Assembly (NCBI GenBank): GCA_963716725.1
Contig: CAVQUB010000008.1
Span: 359,889-423,888, forward strand
Direction of reading: 5' to 3'
Length of the DNA: 64,000 bases
DNA from: an uncultured delta proteobacterium
Lineage (GTDB): Bacteria > Myxococcota_A > Polyangia > Polyangiales > Polyangiaceae
In this document: positions 1 to 10,229 of the stretch, one piece after another
How positions within the stretch are numbered: position 1 is the first letter of the stretch
Layout: every line of letters begins with the position of its first letter
The notes under the pieces: generated by a model
Told to the model about the DNA's origin: nothing
Seen by the model: the letters and a program-made list of their open reading frames with translations, nothing else
Database searches by the model: none
Translations under genes and position numbers: made by a program

Positions 1-605
1 TGTCGGTCAGCGCGACGGGCGCGCCGCGCCGCAGGCGCATGCGCATTCGAAACGCCCACGACAGGGTCATGCCCAGGTCCACGACCTCGGCGGGACCAGG
101 AGGAAGCGCCGCATTGACGCTGGGCTCGAGTGCACAGCCCTGCGCTGAGGCATCTCGGGCCAAGAGAAAACGCGTCGGGAACCCACGCTCGACTTGAGCC
201 ATCAATCGCGACCAAACGTGGCCGGGCCAGCCGACGGTGACCGGCGCGACCTCGATCATGCGGTGGAAGCCGTTGAGCACGAAGGCCTGGCAGATTTCCC
301 GATCGGAAAACACGAGCGCGCGTGGCACCGCGTACTCGAGCAGTTCGGCGGACAACGTCGAAGGCTCCGCGCGCTCGGGCAACTGCTCGGGTCGCACCAG
401 CCCGGGGATCGGCCCGTGCGCGGCCTCCCACTCCGTCAGGCGTCGGAGCCCCTCGGAGCGCTCGCAGGCCGGATCTGGCCTGGACGGGAATCGCGCCGGC
501 CCGTTCGAGCTCGTAGAGCAGCTGCGCGCGCGTGAAGTGGAAGCGGCCGCCTTCGGACACGTCATCGACGGCCATGAGCAGCAGGTCGCGGTCGATTCCG
601 TCCAT
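1..605 (-). CDS. Hypothetical protein, runs off the window, with an apparent frameshift near 480
   Basis: ATG at 605 overlaps the asnB stop (TGATG). GC3-rich codons give MDGIDRDLLLMAVDDVS..., then continue in another frame (LTEWEAAHGPIPGLVRPE...) to the window edge. Confidence 0.5.
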   Translation of the reverse strand, partial: MDGIDRDLLLMAVDDVSEGGRFHFTRAQLLYELERAGAIPVQARSGLRALRGAPTPDGVGGRARADPRAGATRAVARARGAFDVVRRTARVRGATRARVFRSGNLPGLRAQRLPPHDRGRAGHRRLARPRLVAIDGSSRAWVPDAFSLGPRCLSAGLCTRAQRQCGASSWSRRGRGPGHDPVVGVSNAHAPAARRARRADR

Positions 606-2362
606 CAGGGGACCTCGCCGTCCACGTACACGCGGTGCCACAACTCCACGGCCAGGAGCATCCACAGGTACTCGCCGCTGCGATCACGGCCGAAGTGCCC
701 GAGCGGCATTTCTTCGGCCAGCAGCGTGTCGATGAACGACTGCTGAAACAACCCCCGCTGCCGCGCCCGTGCGCTGCCCAGAATGTCCCGCGTGTAGCTG
801 GCAAGCGGGGTCTTTCTGAACCAGTGATTGAGCGGCACGCCCATGCCGGCTTTCTTTCGGTAGACGACCGCGTGCGGCAAGAGGTGATCGACCGACTTCT
901 TGAACAAGTACTTCTCGACGTCTTCGTGGCGCTTGAGCCTGGCGGGCACGGTGAACGAGTGCTCGGCCAGACGGCGATCGAAGAGCGGTGACTGCGCTTC
1001 GACGCCGTTCGGGGTCAACATCTTGTCGACTTTGACCAAGATGTTCTGCCCGCCTTTCAGCCGGATGTTCACGTGCATGAGGCGGTTCAGGTAGCTCTCG
1101 ATGCGATCCGTCTCGAGCGTCTCGCTCACGTGCTCGTGAAGCGCCGCGATGCCGCCACTCGCCTCGAGAAACTCGGGCGTGCACAGGTCTTCGAGGTAGT
1201 CGTAGAACTTGTGGTACGAGGCCAAATACGCCTGGGTTCGGTCGAATTCCCCGAGAAATGCGTACCACTCGCCCAAGATCATGAACTTGTTCTTTGGGCC
1301 GCCGAAGAGCGGGTCGCCGCCCTCTCCGTTGAACACGACGCTGCTGTGCTTGGAGGCCTCGCGTGCGAGCAGGTAGTTCGGCACCGTGATGCAATCGCAG
1401 AGCGGATCGTCGAGAGCCCACAGGATGCGCGGCAGCTGATCGATGAACTGCTCGGGGTGGACGTCCATGACCTCGTGCACGAGATCGTGCCGGACGCTCA
1501 CCATCGTCGCGTACAGGAGCTCGTTGGGTTGGCCGAACCCGAAGCTGGCGGAGAGGCACAACGGCGGACGGCCCAGCTCCGCGAGAATCGCCACCACCGC
1601 GCTCGAGTCCACGCCGCCCGAGAGGAACGCCGTGACCGGGCCTTCGGGCGGGAGTCGTCGCCGGACCGCTTCGAACAAGAGCTCGCGAGTCTGCTCGGTC
1701 AGCTCCGCCTCGCTGGCCGAAGAGACACTCTCCACGAGGTCCCAGTAGCGGAGCACGCGCGGCTCACGCTCGCCGGGCTCTAGAACGAGGCGACAGCCGG
1801 GCTCGAGCTCCTGTACGCCTTTGAAGGCGGTGCGCCGGCCGGGGATGAACGAGTAGACCAAGAGCCGACTGAGCGCTCCCGGATCCGCCTCGACGCCGAA
1901 CACCGGGTGCGCGAGAAACGCTTTGATCTCACTCGCAAAGAGCAAGCTGCCCGCGACCTGGGGAGCGAAGTACATCGGCTTTTCGCCGAGCGGATCTCTC
2001 ACCACGTGCAGCGTGCGATCTTCGATCACGCCGAGGCCAAACGCGCCATCGAGTCGGTCGAACGCCTCGGCACCGAATCGCGCCACGAGCTCGGCCACCA
2101 ACTCGGCGTCTGACAGCGGCAGCGAGCCGCCGAGGCTTTCGAGGAGCTCGGCCCGGTTGAACAGCTTGCCGTCGATCACGCAGTGCACCCGGCCGTCGGC
2201 GCTGGTCGCGACTTTCGAGTCGCCCCCCGAGTGCCGCTCCGCCAGCGCCAACCCACCGCGACGGATCACCCGCGAGTGCGGGCCTCGGTGTGCCAGCCGC
2301 GCAGAGAGCTCAGCGATCAGCGACTCTGGTTCGTCGCCGGCATGCCCCGCGATGCCTCCCAC
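605..2362 (-). CDS. asnB: Asparagine synthetase B-like protein (Ntn-GATase plus ATP pyrophosphatase domains) lacking the catalytic N-terminal Cys
   Basis: Motifs LAHRGP, RDPLGEKPMYF, FASEIKA, LSGGVDSS, GEGGDPLFGG, RKKAGMGVP. Begins MGGIAG, not MCGIAG. Confidence 0.9.
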   Translation of the reverse strand: MGGIAGHAGDEPESLIAELSARLAHRGPHSRVIRRGGLALAERHSGGDSKVATSADGRVHCVIDGKLFNRAELLESLGGSLPLSDAELVAELVARFGAEAFDRLDGAFGLGVIEDRTLHVVRDPLGEKPMYFAPQVAGSLLFASEIKAFLAHPVFGVEADPGALSRLLVYSFIPGRRTAFKGVQELEPGCRLVLEPGEREPRVLRYWDLVESVSSASEAELTEQTRELLFEAVRRRLPPEGPVTAFLSGGVDSSAVVAILAELGRPPLCLSASFGFGQPNELLYATMVSVRHDLVHEVMDVHPEQFIDQLPRILWALDDPLCDCITVPNYLLAREASKHSSVVFNGEGGDPLFGGPKNKFMILGEWYAFLGEFDRTQAYLASYHKFYDYLEDLCTPEFLEASGGIAALHEHVSETLETDRIESYLNRLMHVNIRLKGGQNILVKVDKMLTPNGVEAQSPLFDRRLAEHSFTVPARLKRHEDVEKYLFKKSVDHLLPHAVVYRKKAGMGVPLNHWFRKTPLASYTRDILGSARARQRGLFQQSFIDTLLAEEMPLGHFGRDRSGEYLWMLLAVELWHRVYVDGEVP

Positions 2363-2366
2363 GTGC

Positions 2367-3362
2367 TCAGAACCTCCCGGTGACGCCCAGTCTGGCGCCG
2401 CCGGCGGCAGGTGCCACGAACGCTTCCGTCTTGGGCTCCTTTGCGGTGCTGGAGCGACCGAAGAGAAGAATAGCCGCGCCGCTCACCACGCCGATGCCAC
2501 CGACAATCAGGCCCACGTTGGCGATCGTGTCCAAGCGACGACCGCCGTCGATGTCCTGCTCTTTGTCGCGAGGACAGGGTCCTCCAGCGCACTCGTCCTC
2601 GAGGGAATTGAAGCGCTGATCCGCGAGGTACCCGGCCACGCCGAACGTGGCCAAACCGGCCGCACCGATCCCGAGCGCGACGTAAGCGAGGACGGGGGTC
2701 TTGGAGGAGCGCACCTCCGAACTGGCGGCGGGAGACTTTCCCGTCGAGGTCGGGCTCGTGTCCCCCGGGGCCTGGCCGGCAGCTTCGAAGCTGATGGTGA
2801 CGGTCGACAGCGCCCCGCCCTTCAGCTCGAGTGAGGTCTTGAACTCGCTCTCGCCGGGCGCCGTCGCGCGCACTTCGACCTTCCCCGGAGAGAGCGCGAT
2901 GGGCTCACCGATGTCTTTCCTGTCGATCGTCCGCTCGCCGACCTGAACTTCGAGCCCTTTGGGAGGGCTGGCGATGACGATCACGATGCGCGCCACCTGC
3001 GACTCGACCGCTGCACGCTCCGCAGCGGCGGCGCTGCGGGTGTCTGCGTAGCGTTCGTCCTCTTTGCTCTTGGTGTCCGCCTGACGGATCACCGCAGAGA
3101 ACGCCTCGTAGGCTTCCGGGATGCGATTCAGCTTGCGCAGACAGCGAGCCACGTACAGGCGCGCGTTGGGGCTCTCGGTCGCGCGCGCCAGCTTCTCGAA
3201 CCGAGGCAACGCATCGATGCAGCGATCCGCTTGATACAGCTCCTGTGCCGCTTTGAACTCAGCGCGAGACTGCGCCGGGCTCATTTTGGTCTGCGCAGCT
3301 GCCGGCGCGGCCAGCGCGAGTGCGACGAGGAGCGCGATGCCGAAGCGCATGCTCAGCGTCAT
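2367..3362 (-). CDS. Signal peptide, TPR-like and PEGA-like domain membrane protein
   Basis: Signal peptide, TPR-like helices, beta-rich middle, two C-terminal TM segments, ends GVTGRF. Start overlaps the kinase stop; typical myxobacterial kinase partner. Confidence 0.75.
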   Translation of the reverse strand: MTLSMRFGIALLVALALAAPAAAQTKMSPAQSRAEFKAAQELYQADRCIDALPRFEKLARATESPNARLYVARCLRKLNRIPEAYEAFSAVIRQADTKSKEDERYADTRSAAAAERAAVESQVARIVIVIASPPKGLEVQVGERTIDRKDIGEPIALSPGKVEVRATAPGESEFKTSLELKGGALSTVTISFEAAGQAPGDTSPTSTGKSPAASSEVRSSKTPVLAYVALGIGAAGLATFGVAGYLADQRFNSLEDECAGGPCPRDKEQDIDGGRRLDTIANVGLIVGGIGVVSGAAILLFGRSSTAKEPKTEAFVAPAAGGARLGVTGRF

Positions 3363-4945
3363 AGCCGATCCGGCTCGAACTCGCCGCCGGACTTGGGTTT
3401 CGCCGTCGCCGTCGCTGCTGGCTTGGGAGTCTTGCTCGACCCGTGCACCGACGCCTTCCCCGGCTTGGCCGCGGCAGGCGCTGGCTTCGGCGGCGTCTCC
3501 GCTGCAGTGGAGGCTTCCGGCGCGGCGCTGGGGGCGGGTTCGGCTGCGCTCGCCTCCGGGGGCGGGGAGGCGGGCTGGACCGCCGTCGCAGACACCGCGA
3601 TGGGCGCGGGGGATTGTTCGAGGATCGGTCCCGCGGCAGACTTGTCCGCGCCGTCGCGGGGCCCGCGCAGCAGCAACGCCCAAACCAGGACTGACGCGAC
3701 CATCAGCAGGAGGAAGCTCCCGCCCACGACCGCGCCGATACCGATCGCCATGGAACTCCGGCGGGGTGCTGCGGTCGACGTCGCGACTGGCCCGACGGCA
3801 CTCGCTCCGGTACCCGTCGGGATCGGCGAGTGGATCAGCGAGCTCACGCCGCTGGAAACGTCCCGGGCGACGGTGGGCGCCTGGTCGTCTTCGAATTGTC
3901 CCGGCGGCAGCAGCGGCTCGGGCGGCGCGGCAGCCGCGGAGCTCCTCGGCTGCGCGTGAAACGGCGCGCTCTTGAAATCTTGCGGCACGCTGCCAGCTCC
4001 GCCCACCTCTTCAGGGACGATCAGGAGTCCATGCCGGCGCAGGGTCTCTTCGACGAAGCGCCCCACCGCACGCGCGCTCGCGGGATGGATGCCGGCCTGT
4101 TCGGCCGCTGCTTCGAGGGCATCGGCGAACTCTGCGGAGGTGCGAAAGCGGGCGCTGCGTTCGCGCAGTGCGTGCATGCACACGGCGTCGATCGCGGCAG
4201 GGATCTGCGGATCCACCTGAGACGGCGTGGCGCGCGGTCCGGCCATCACGGCAGCCACGAGCGCCCCGTCGCTCGGCGCCTTGAACAGTCGTTGACCGGT
4301 GAGCAGCTCCCAGAGCACGACACCGACGGCGTACACGTCGCTCTGCCGATCCAGCTCTTCCGCACGCAGCTGTTCGGGCGACATGTACGGGACCTTGCCC
4401 TTGACCTGACTGCCGCGCGTGCTCGAGATGCGCGCTTCGGCCCGCGCCACGCCGAAGTCGGTGATGCGGCTCACGCCATCCACGCCGACGAGGACGTTCT
4501 GAGGCGAGACGTCGCGGTGAACCAGACCCACCGACTGCCCGTCCGCGCCGCGCAGCTCGTGGGCGGCATGAAGACCCGAGAGGGTGTCCAAGACGATCCG
4601 CAGCGCGACCTGAATCGGCAAGCGCTTGCCGTCGGCGCGCACCGCCTTGATCAGCACGTTGGCGGCGCTGCCCTCGATGTACTCCATCACGAGGGCGAGC
4701 CCATCTTCGGACTGCTCGATGTCGAGAGTGGCGACGACGTTCGGGTGGCGGATGCCCGCGGCAAGCCGAGCTTCGTCCAAGAACATGGCGACGAAGTCGG
4801 GATCCGACGCGATGTGCGCGTGCATCAGTTTGACGGCCACCAGGCGCTGAAAGCCGCCGGCGCCGACCACCCGCCCGAGATGAACGGAGGCCATCCCGCC
4901 CGACGCGATCGGACGGATCAGCTCGTAGCGGCCAATTCTCTGCAT
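3359..4945 (-). CDS. Hanks-type Ser/Thr protein kinase with TM segment
   Basis: IASGGMASV, VAVK, HRDVSPQN, DFG, GKVPYMSPEQ, DVYAVG; TM helix and Pro/Ala-rich tail. Confidence 0.95.
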   Translation of the reverse strand: MQRIGRYELIRPIASGGMASVHLGRVVGAGGFQRLVAVKLMHAHIASDPDFVAMFLDEARLAAGIRHPNVVATLDIEQSEDGLALVMEYIEGSAANVLIKAVRADGKRLPIQVALRIVLDTLSGLHAAHELRGADGQSVGLVHRDVSPQNVLVGVDGVSRITDFGVARAEARISSTRGSQVKGKVPYMSPEQLRAEELDRQSDVYAVGVVLWELLTGQRLFKAPSDGALVAAVMAGPRATPSQVDPQIPAAIDAVCMHALRERSARFRTSAEFADALEAAAEQAGIHPASARAVGRFVEETLRRHGLLIVPEEVGGAGSVPQDFKSAPFHAQPRSSAAAAPPEPLLPPGQFEDDQAPTVARDVSSGVSSLIHSPIPTGTGASAVGPVATSTAAPRRSSMAIGIGAVVGGSFLLLMVASVLVWALLLRGPRDGADKSAAGPILEQSPAPIAVSATAVQPASPPPEASAAEPAPSAAPEASTAAETPPKPAPAAAKPGKASVHGSSKTPKPAATATAKPKSGGEFEPDRL

Positions 4946-5051
4946 CCTCCGGCGTCCGCCAGCGGAAATCATACACGGCGCTCTCGGGCTCGGCCACGTC
5001 CTGCGAACGGAGCAATGACGCGGCGCGGTGTGCTAGGCTTCAGCGCGCGCG

Positions 5052-5975
5052 ATGCTGCGACGAATGCTCTACGCCGCCTGGATCGCGGGAATATCGGCGG
5101 CCTGCAGTCACGACTGGGACAAGCTGTCACCGGTGGATGGGGTCGCCGCGACCGGGGGCAACTCCGGGGTGGGCGGCACCGGGGGCGGGAGCGGAGGCAC
5201 CGGCGGAAGCGCTGGGTCGGGCGGCGCGGCAGGTAGCGGCGGCGCGGCGGGTGGCGGCGGCGCGGCGGGTAGCGGAGGCACCGGGTCGTGTGCTGACCCG
5301 TCGATGATTCCGGTGCTCGGCCAAAAGCCGAACGGCGGCACGGGGTTCTACTGCGTCGACCGAACGGAGGTCACGGTCACCGCGTACGAGGGCTTCCTCG
5401 CTGATTCGCCCTCCGCCGCAAACCAGCCGCCGGGCTGTGAGTGGAACACCGAGTTCAAGCCGTCGGGCGCCTGGCCGCCGCCGCCGGGGACGGGCGACCG
5501 ACCGGTGACCTTCGTGGACTACTGTGACGCTGTGGCTTTCTGCGGGAAGGGGGGCAAGCGTTTGTGTGGCGGCATCGGCGGCGGCAGCGTCGCGTTCGAC
5601 GCGTTCGCGAAAGCTACTGCCAGCGAGTGGTTCAATGCTTGTAGCCAAGGCGGCAAGCGGGCTTACCCCTATTCCACGAGCTACGATGCCTCGGCCTGCA
5701 ATGGCATCGACTATGGCTCGGGCGGCCCAGTGAAGACGGGCAGCGCCCCCAAATGCGAGGGCGGGTTCGCCGGGCTGCTCGACATGAGCGGGAACGTGTT
5801 CGAGTGGGAGAACTCCTGCGAGGGCGCGGCCGGAGCGACGGACAAGTGCCGGATCCGCGGCGGCGGCTTCAATAGCAATTCGGCGAATCTTCGCTGTGAC
5901 GTGGCAGCCGACGCAGCGCGATCGACCGCAACGGTGACCATCGGGTTTCGCTGTTGTTCCGACGCCGTACCTTGA
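5052..5975 (+). CDS. FGE-sulfatase (SUMF1/EgtB/PvdO family) lipoprotein
   Basis: Lipobox SAAC, Gly-rich linker, TEVTV, DMSGNVFEW, RGG, IGFRCC. TGCTAGGCT extended -10 at 5031-5039. Confidence 0.9.
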   Translation: MLRRMLYAAWIAGISAACSHDWDKLSPVDGVAATGGNSGVGGTGGGSGGTGGSAGSGGAAGSGGAAGGGGAAGSGGTGSCADPSMIPVLGQKPNGGTGFYCVDRTEVTVTAYEGFLADSPSAANQPPGCEWNTEFKPSGAWPPPPGTGDRPVTFVDYCDAVAFCGKGGKRLCGGIGGGSVAFDAFAKATASEWFNACSQGGKRAYPYSTSYDASACNGIDYGSGGPVKTGSAPKCEGGFAGLLDMSGNVFEWENSCEGAAGATDKCRIRGGGFNSNSANLRCDVAADAARSTATVTIGFRCCSDAVP

Positions 5976-6154
5976 GGGGCGCGGCGCGGCGGAGGCTGGC
6001 CAAAACAACGCGGTTGGACCAAGCGAGCCGACAGATACGCCGGCGGCTCCACCGCGTCGTAGTAGGTGACTTTCGTCATCTCTCGTCCGCGCTCCACCGA
6101 GCAGGGTCTCGGTCGATTGCCGGATTCCAGGCGGTCGGAGTATGACCCGCCGCA

Positions 6155-7495
6155 ATGAGCCAGACGCGGGAGGAGTTCTTGCTCGCGGGCCGACGCCAGG
6201 GCGGATGGTCCATGGCGATGAGCGTGGCCGCCACCTGGATCTGGGCGCCGGCGCTGTTCGTGAGCTCGCAGCAAGCCTACGAAAACGGGCTCGCCGGCGT
6301 GTTCTACTTCTGCTTCTGCAACACGATCACGCTGGGCATCTTCGGATGGGTGGCCCAGCGCGCCGACCGCCAGCTGCAACGGCAGGGCTACACCTTTCCC
6401 CAGGTCATTCGCCAGCGCTTCGACAAGAAGACCCACGCCATCTACCTCGTGGTGTTCTTGGCGGTACTGCTCTGCTCTTTCGCGACCCAGCTGTTGGCGG
6501 CCAGCTCCCTGCTCGCGACCTACACGGGCCTGCCGCCGCTGGCGATCTCGGTCACCATCACGGTGCTCGTGCTCTCCTACAGCCTGTATCGCGGTCTCGT
6601 TGCCTCCATCGCCACGGACGTCGTCCAGCTGGCGGTGATCTACGTGGGCGCGCTGGTCGTCGTGCCGCTGGCCATCAGCCGGGCGGGCGGCTTCCATCTG
6701 GTGCAGAGCGGCCTCGGAGGCGTGAGCGGCGAGCACCTCAGCCCGCTGGACGCGAAAGTCTTCCTTGGCTTTGGCGTCTTCGTGTCGATCAATCACTTGT
6801 TTGCTCTGTATGCAGACCAGATGCACTGGCAGCGGGCCTTTGCCATCCGTGCTGGCCAGCAGGCGTCGACCTACCGTCTGGCGATGCTGTGTTTCTTGGT
6901 GGTTCCCGTCGGCCTTTCGCTGCTGGGGTTCTTGGCAGCAGGGCTCGTGCGATCCGGCCAGCTCGTGGTGAAGAACCCGGGACTCGTGGGGAGCGAAGTG
7001 ATCCAGGCACTGTTGCCGGGCTGGGCCATGGCGCTGTTTGCGTTGGTGATCTTGTGCGGACTGATGAGCACGCTGGATTCGATCGTCATGGCCTTGGCCA
7101 GCATCGCCACCGTCGACCTGCTGGGGACGTCCGCGCGCGACGACGGGAGCACCACGGATCTGAAGCGCATCCGCATCGCGATGATCGTGATGAGCTTGCT
7201 CGGCCTCGGCCTTGCCAGCGTCCCCGGCATCACGATCCTGGGCATGTTTCTGTTCTACGGCATGCTGCGGCTCGCCGTGGCCACGCCGACGCTGGCCGTG
7301 ATCTTCGACTCGCGCGTCACGAGTCGGGGCGTCTTCTCGGGCGTTCTTCTGGCGGTGGTCGTCGCCGTGCCGACCTATTTGGTCGGCGTCTCCTGGGACA
7401 GCTTCACGCTCAAACTCGGTGCCACGCTGGTCGCCGTGCTCGCAGGCGGCGGAGTCACGCTCCTGCTCCGTGCGCCAAGTTCCGCGCCGTCGTGA
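6155..7495 (+). CDS. Sodium:solute symporter family protein (urea/DUR3-like)
   Basis: EEFLLAGR, SVAATWIWAPAL, GLVASIATDVVQ, LMSTLDS; about 13 hydrophobic segments. Confidence 0.85.
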   Translation: MSQTREEFLLAGRRQGGWSMAMSVAATWIWAPALFVSSQQAYENGLAGVFYFCFCNTITLGIFGWVAQRADRQLQRQGYTFPQVIRQRFDKKTHAIYLVVFLAVLLCSFATQLLAASSLLATYTGLPPLAISVTITVLVLSYSLYRGLVASIATDVVQLAVIYVGALVVVPLAISRAGGFHLVQSGLGGVSGEHLSPLDAKVFLGFGVFVSINHLFALYADQMHWQRAFAIRAGQQASTYRLAMLCFLVVPVGLSLLGFLAAGLVRSGQLVVKNPGLVGSEVIQALLPGWAMALFALVILCGLMSTLDSIVMALASIATVDLLGTSARDDGSTTDLKRIRIAMIVMSLLGLGLASVPGITILGMFLFYGMLRLAVATPTLAVIFDSRVTSRGVFSGVLLAVVVAVPTYLVGVSWDSFTLKLGATLVAVLAGGGVTLLLRAPSSAPS

Positions 7496-7499
7496 AGCG

Positions 7500-7650
7500 C
7501 CCAGCCCGGGCCGTGTCGCCACGAACACGCGCACCGCCGGGGGAAGACTTGGCACGAGCGCAGAGCCTCGAGCACCCGGCGCAGCGTCGCGACCGAGACC
7601 TCGTCACCGAACTCGATGCGCGCTCCGGCGACCTCGATTGGAACGTGCGC
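7500..7650 (-). mobile_element. IS66 remnant (tnpA 3' end and tnpB 5' end)
   Basis: IEVAGARIEFGDEVSVATLRRVLEAL followed by overlapping MPSLPPAVRVFVATRP, then truncated. Confidence 0.6.
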
Positions 7651-7975
7651 TGCGAGCGACATGGCTCGTGACCGGAGCGAAGTCCGTTGCGGCCATGCGA
7701 AGCAGGATGCCGTGTGCGAGCTCGGTCGCCGAGAGCAGGGCCACGACGAGCACGGCGAGCCCCGCATTGCCGCGGTCGAGGTCGGAGCAGGATGCGCGGT
7801 TCGGGGACGGGCAGCGGTGGCTCGAAGGCCGCGTCTTCGGTCCCACGCCACCGCCACGTGCCGGGCCGCCACCGATGGAACGGCGGTGCACCTTCGTCGG
7901 CGGCGGTCCGGCAGGAGTCCGGCGACGACAATGGTCAATTGTTGGCGCGCTCACTCTGGCGCGGCGTTCAGGCTC

Positions 7976-8449
7976 CTACCGCTTTCTTAGAAGTTGGACG
8001 TCGCTGCCCGGGCTGAGGGTTAGCCAAATCTCGTTGGACGACCGCAGCGTGGCGTGCCGTTGCGAGCTCGCCCCGCTCTGAGTGGTCTGCCCTTGTCCGA
8101 GTTGCTCGTTGGTCGTTTGATTGCTGCACTGCTGCACGTTCAAGACGACGCTGCCCGAACCCATTTGGTAGGTGCCCTCGCACCGATTGCGAAAGGTCGC
8201 GTCTGGAACCGCCTCCATCGTTTCGAGCAAGAACCTCCCCGGCGGCTGCTCCGGTGGCCCCAAGCACATGGCCGCGGTGCGATAGATGTTGGTGGGATCG
8301 GACTCGAAACAACCGCCGAACGCTGCCGATGACTCCGGCGGCCCCGGCCCCGGGCCGCCGCCGCGTCGGTGGGCTGGGCCTGAGCCGCAACCCGCAGTCA
8401 ACACCCCGAGAACCGCGACGCCCACCAACCTATGAATCGTGGCCACCAT
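7976..8449 (-). CDS. Hypothetical lipoprotein
   Basis: Hydrophobic signal and lipobox LTAGC. Confidence 0.55.
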   Translation of the reverse strand: MVATIHRLVGVAVLGVLTAGCGSGPAHRRGGGPGPGPPESSAAFGGCFESDPTNIYRTAAMCLGPPEQPPGRFLLETMEAVPDATFRNRCEGTYQMGSGSVVLNVQQCSNQTTNEQLGQGQTTQSGASSQRHATLRSSNEIWLTLSPGSDVQLLRKR

Positions 8450-9078
8450 TCGCTTCGATGAAGCTACCACGACAGCTGCTGCGAGCCCCGCGTCGCTCGC
8501 GCCTCGGCCCTGCGCCTCAGTCCCCCACCGCCTGCAAGAGAGGTTTGCCGCTACCCGCGGTCACGCCGGGGCCCCGGCGTGACCGCGGAGCTCGCTGAGC
8601 GCGTGATGTCGAAGCGATGCCCCGAGCGCCGGGCGACGGGGGGCACCTCGGACTGATGCTCGGCGGCGGCGGCTCCCGAAGGGCTCAGGTCAGAATGAGT
8701 CGACCGCTGCCACTCCGGCGGTCGACGCGCTCGCGAAGGGCGTGACGACGAGTCTCGAAAAGTCGTCTCTGCAGGCCGCGAGCTTGTGGGCGGTGTTCGA
8801 CACGCTCCAGGCGGTGGTCCCGTGCGTTCCGACGGCGACGAATTACTTCGGCGACGTCCCCATCCCCGCGGCCTGCCAAGTTCACCTCGATGGCAGCGCC
8901 AGAGCCACGCTGCAGTGGGAGCTCGAGAAGCGCTTCCGGGAGTTCGAGTCGCAGCAGTGACGCGGGGCGACTGCGGCGAGACGCGCAGATGTCGCGCTTG
9001 ACCGGCGCGACGCGTGGGCTGGACAATCCGAGGGTGACGAGCGGCGGATTCACTCGGCGCCTGACTCGACCGTTGAGC

Positions 9079-10146
9079 ATGGCGCGCCTTGCCTGGGTCT
9101 CCGGGGCCCTTTCGGATCCATTTCTGTTGGCCAAGCGGTTGCGCTGGGCCGTCGAGCTCCGGGGCGTGAGCCGCTCGTTGTTTCACTTTCGGTCGGCGAC
9201 TGCGCTCCTGCTCGGGCACGAACTCGGGCTCTTCCGCGCGCTTGGGGCGGGAGCACGAACGGAGACCGATCTGGCTTGCGAGCTCGACGTACACCAACGC
9301 TCGATTGAAGCGCTAGGACGAATTCTCGAGAGCCAGGGAGTGCTGGTGCGAAAGGCAGGCGAGCTCCGCCTCTCGCGTTTCGCGCGGGCGTTCATCGCGA
9401 CGGACGAACCGGAGTCGATCGGTCCGATGTTGGACTTGATGGCGGCGCAAGCCGGCGCTTTCCCCGACGTCGTCAGCGGCATGCGCACGGGGAAGGTGCC
9501 GCCGGCCCTCGACATCCTCTCGGAGACCGGTCGCCATCGTGCGTTTCTCGACGCCGTCAACGCGTACCTCTTGCCCGCGATGGGCGATCTCGTGTCCAGG
9601 GTCGAGCTCCCGGACGTGAAGGAATTCATCGTGGGCTCGATGGGCGTGAGCGCGAGCTCCGTGCTTCTCGACCGCTTCCCCCGCTCACGCGTCACCTACG
9701 GGTGTCTCGAACACTTGGTCCGGGAAATTCCCCGCTTGCGCGAGCGCTACGCCGTGCCCGCCCATCGAGTGTCCGGAATGCACGAGCACGGCGGCGATCC
9801 AGAGGCGGATCGCTGGGGAGAACAAGCGTTCGACCTCGTGCTGTTGACCAAGAAGATGATCCTGTCGCCTGAGCAGCGGACCGGCGAGCGTTTCGCGCGC
9901 AAGGCCTTCGAGGTCCTCAGATCTGGGGGCGTTGCCGTGCTCTGGGAGTGCATCCACCCCGACGTCGGTCCGACCTCCAAGGCGCGGGCCATGGAGGCCG
10001 TGCTCGACTTGGTAGCCAGCCCGCAAGGCACGGTGAGCACCGAAGGAAGCGTGCGCGAGTTGCTGCAAGGCGTCGGCTACGCCGAGGTGCGCGTGGTGCC
10101 CTGCCTGGCCGGCGAGACGACCTTCGTCGTCGCCCGCAAGCGGTAG
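9079..10146 (+). CDS. Class I SAM O-methyltransferase-like protein with N-terminal dimerisation wHTH
   Basis: ELGLFRALGAGART..LA..L wHTH, FDLVLL, LRSGGVAVLWE, GYAEVRV..VVARK. Glycine-rich SAM motif is atypical; start uncertain. Confidence 0.7.
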   Translation: MARLAWVSGALSDPFLLAKRLRWAVELRGVSRSLFHFRSATALLLGHELGLFRALGAGARTETDLACELDVHQRSIEALGRILESQGVLVRKAGELRLSRFARAFIATDEPESIGPMLDLMAAQAGAFPDVVSGMRTGKVPPALDILSETGRHRAFLDAVNAYLLPAMGDLVSRVELPDVKEFIVGSMGVSASSVLLDRFPRSRVTYGCLEHLVREIPRLRERYAVPAHRVSGMHEHGGDPEADRWGEQAFDLVLLTKKMILSPEQRTGERFARKAFEVLRSGGVAVLWECIHPDVGPTSKARAMEAVLDLVASPQGTVSTEGSVRELLQGVGYAEVRVVPCLAGETTFVVARKR

Positions 10147-10229
10147 GCGAAGAGGACTTGGGCCCGGGCCCGCGCCGCCCTTTGCGTCCGAATTGACGCT
10201 CGCCCCGCACCGCCGGATGAACGGGCTCG

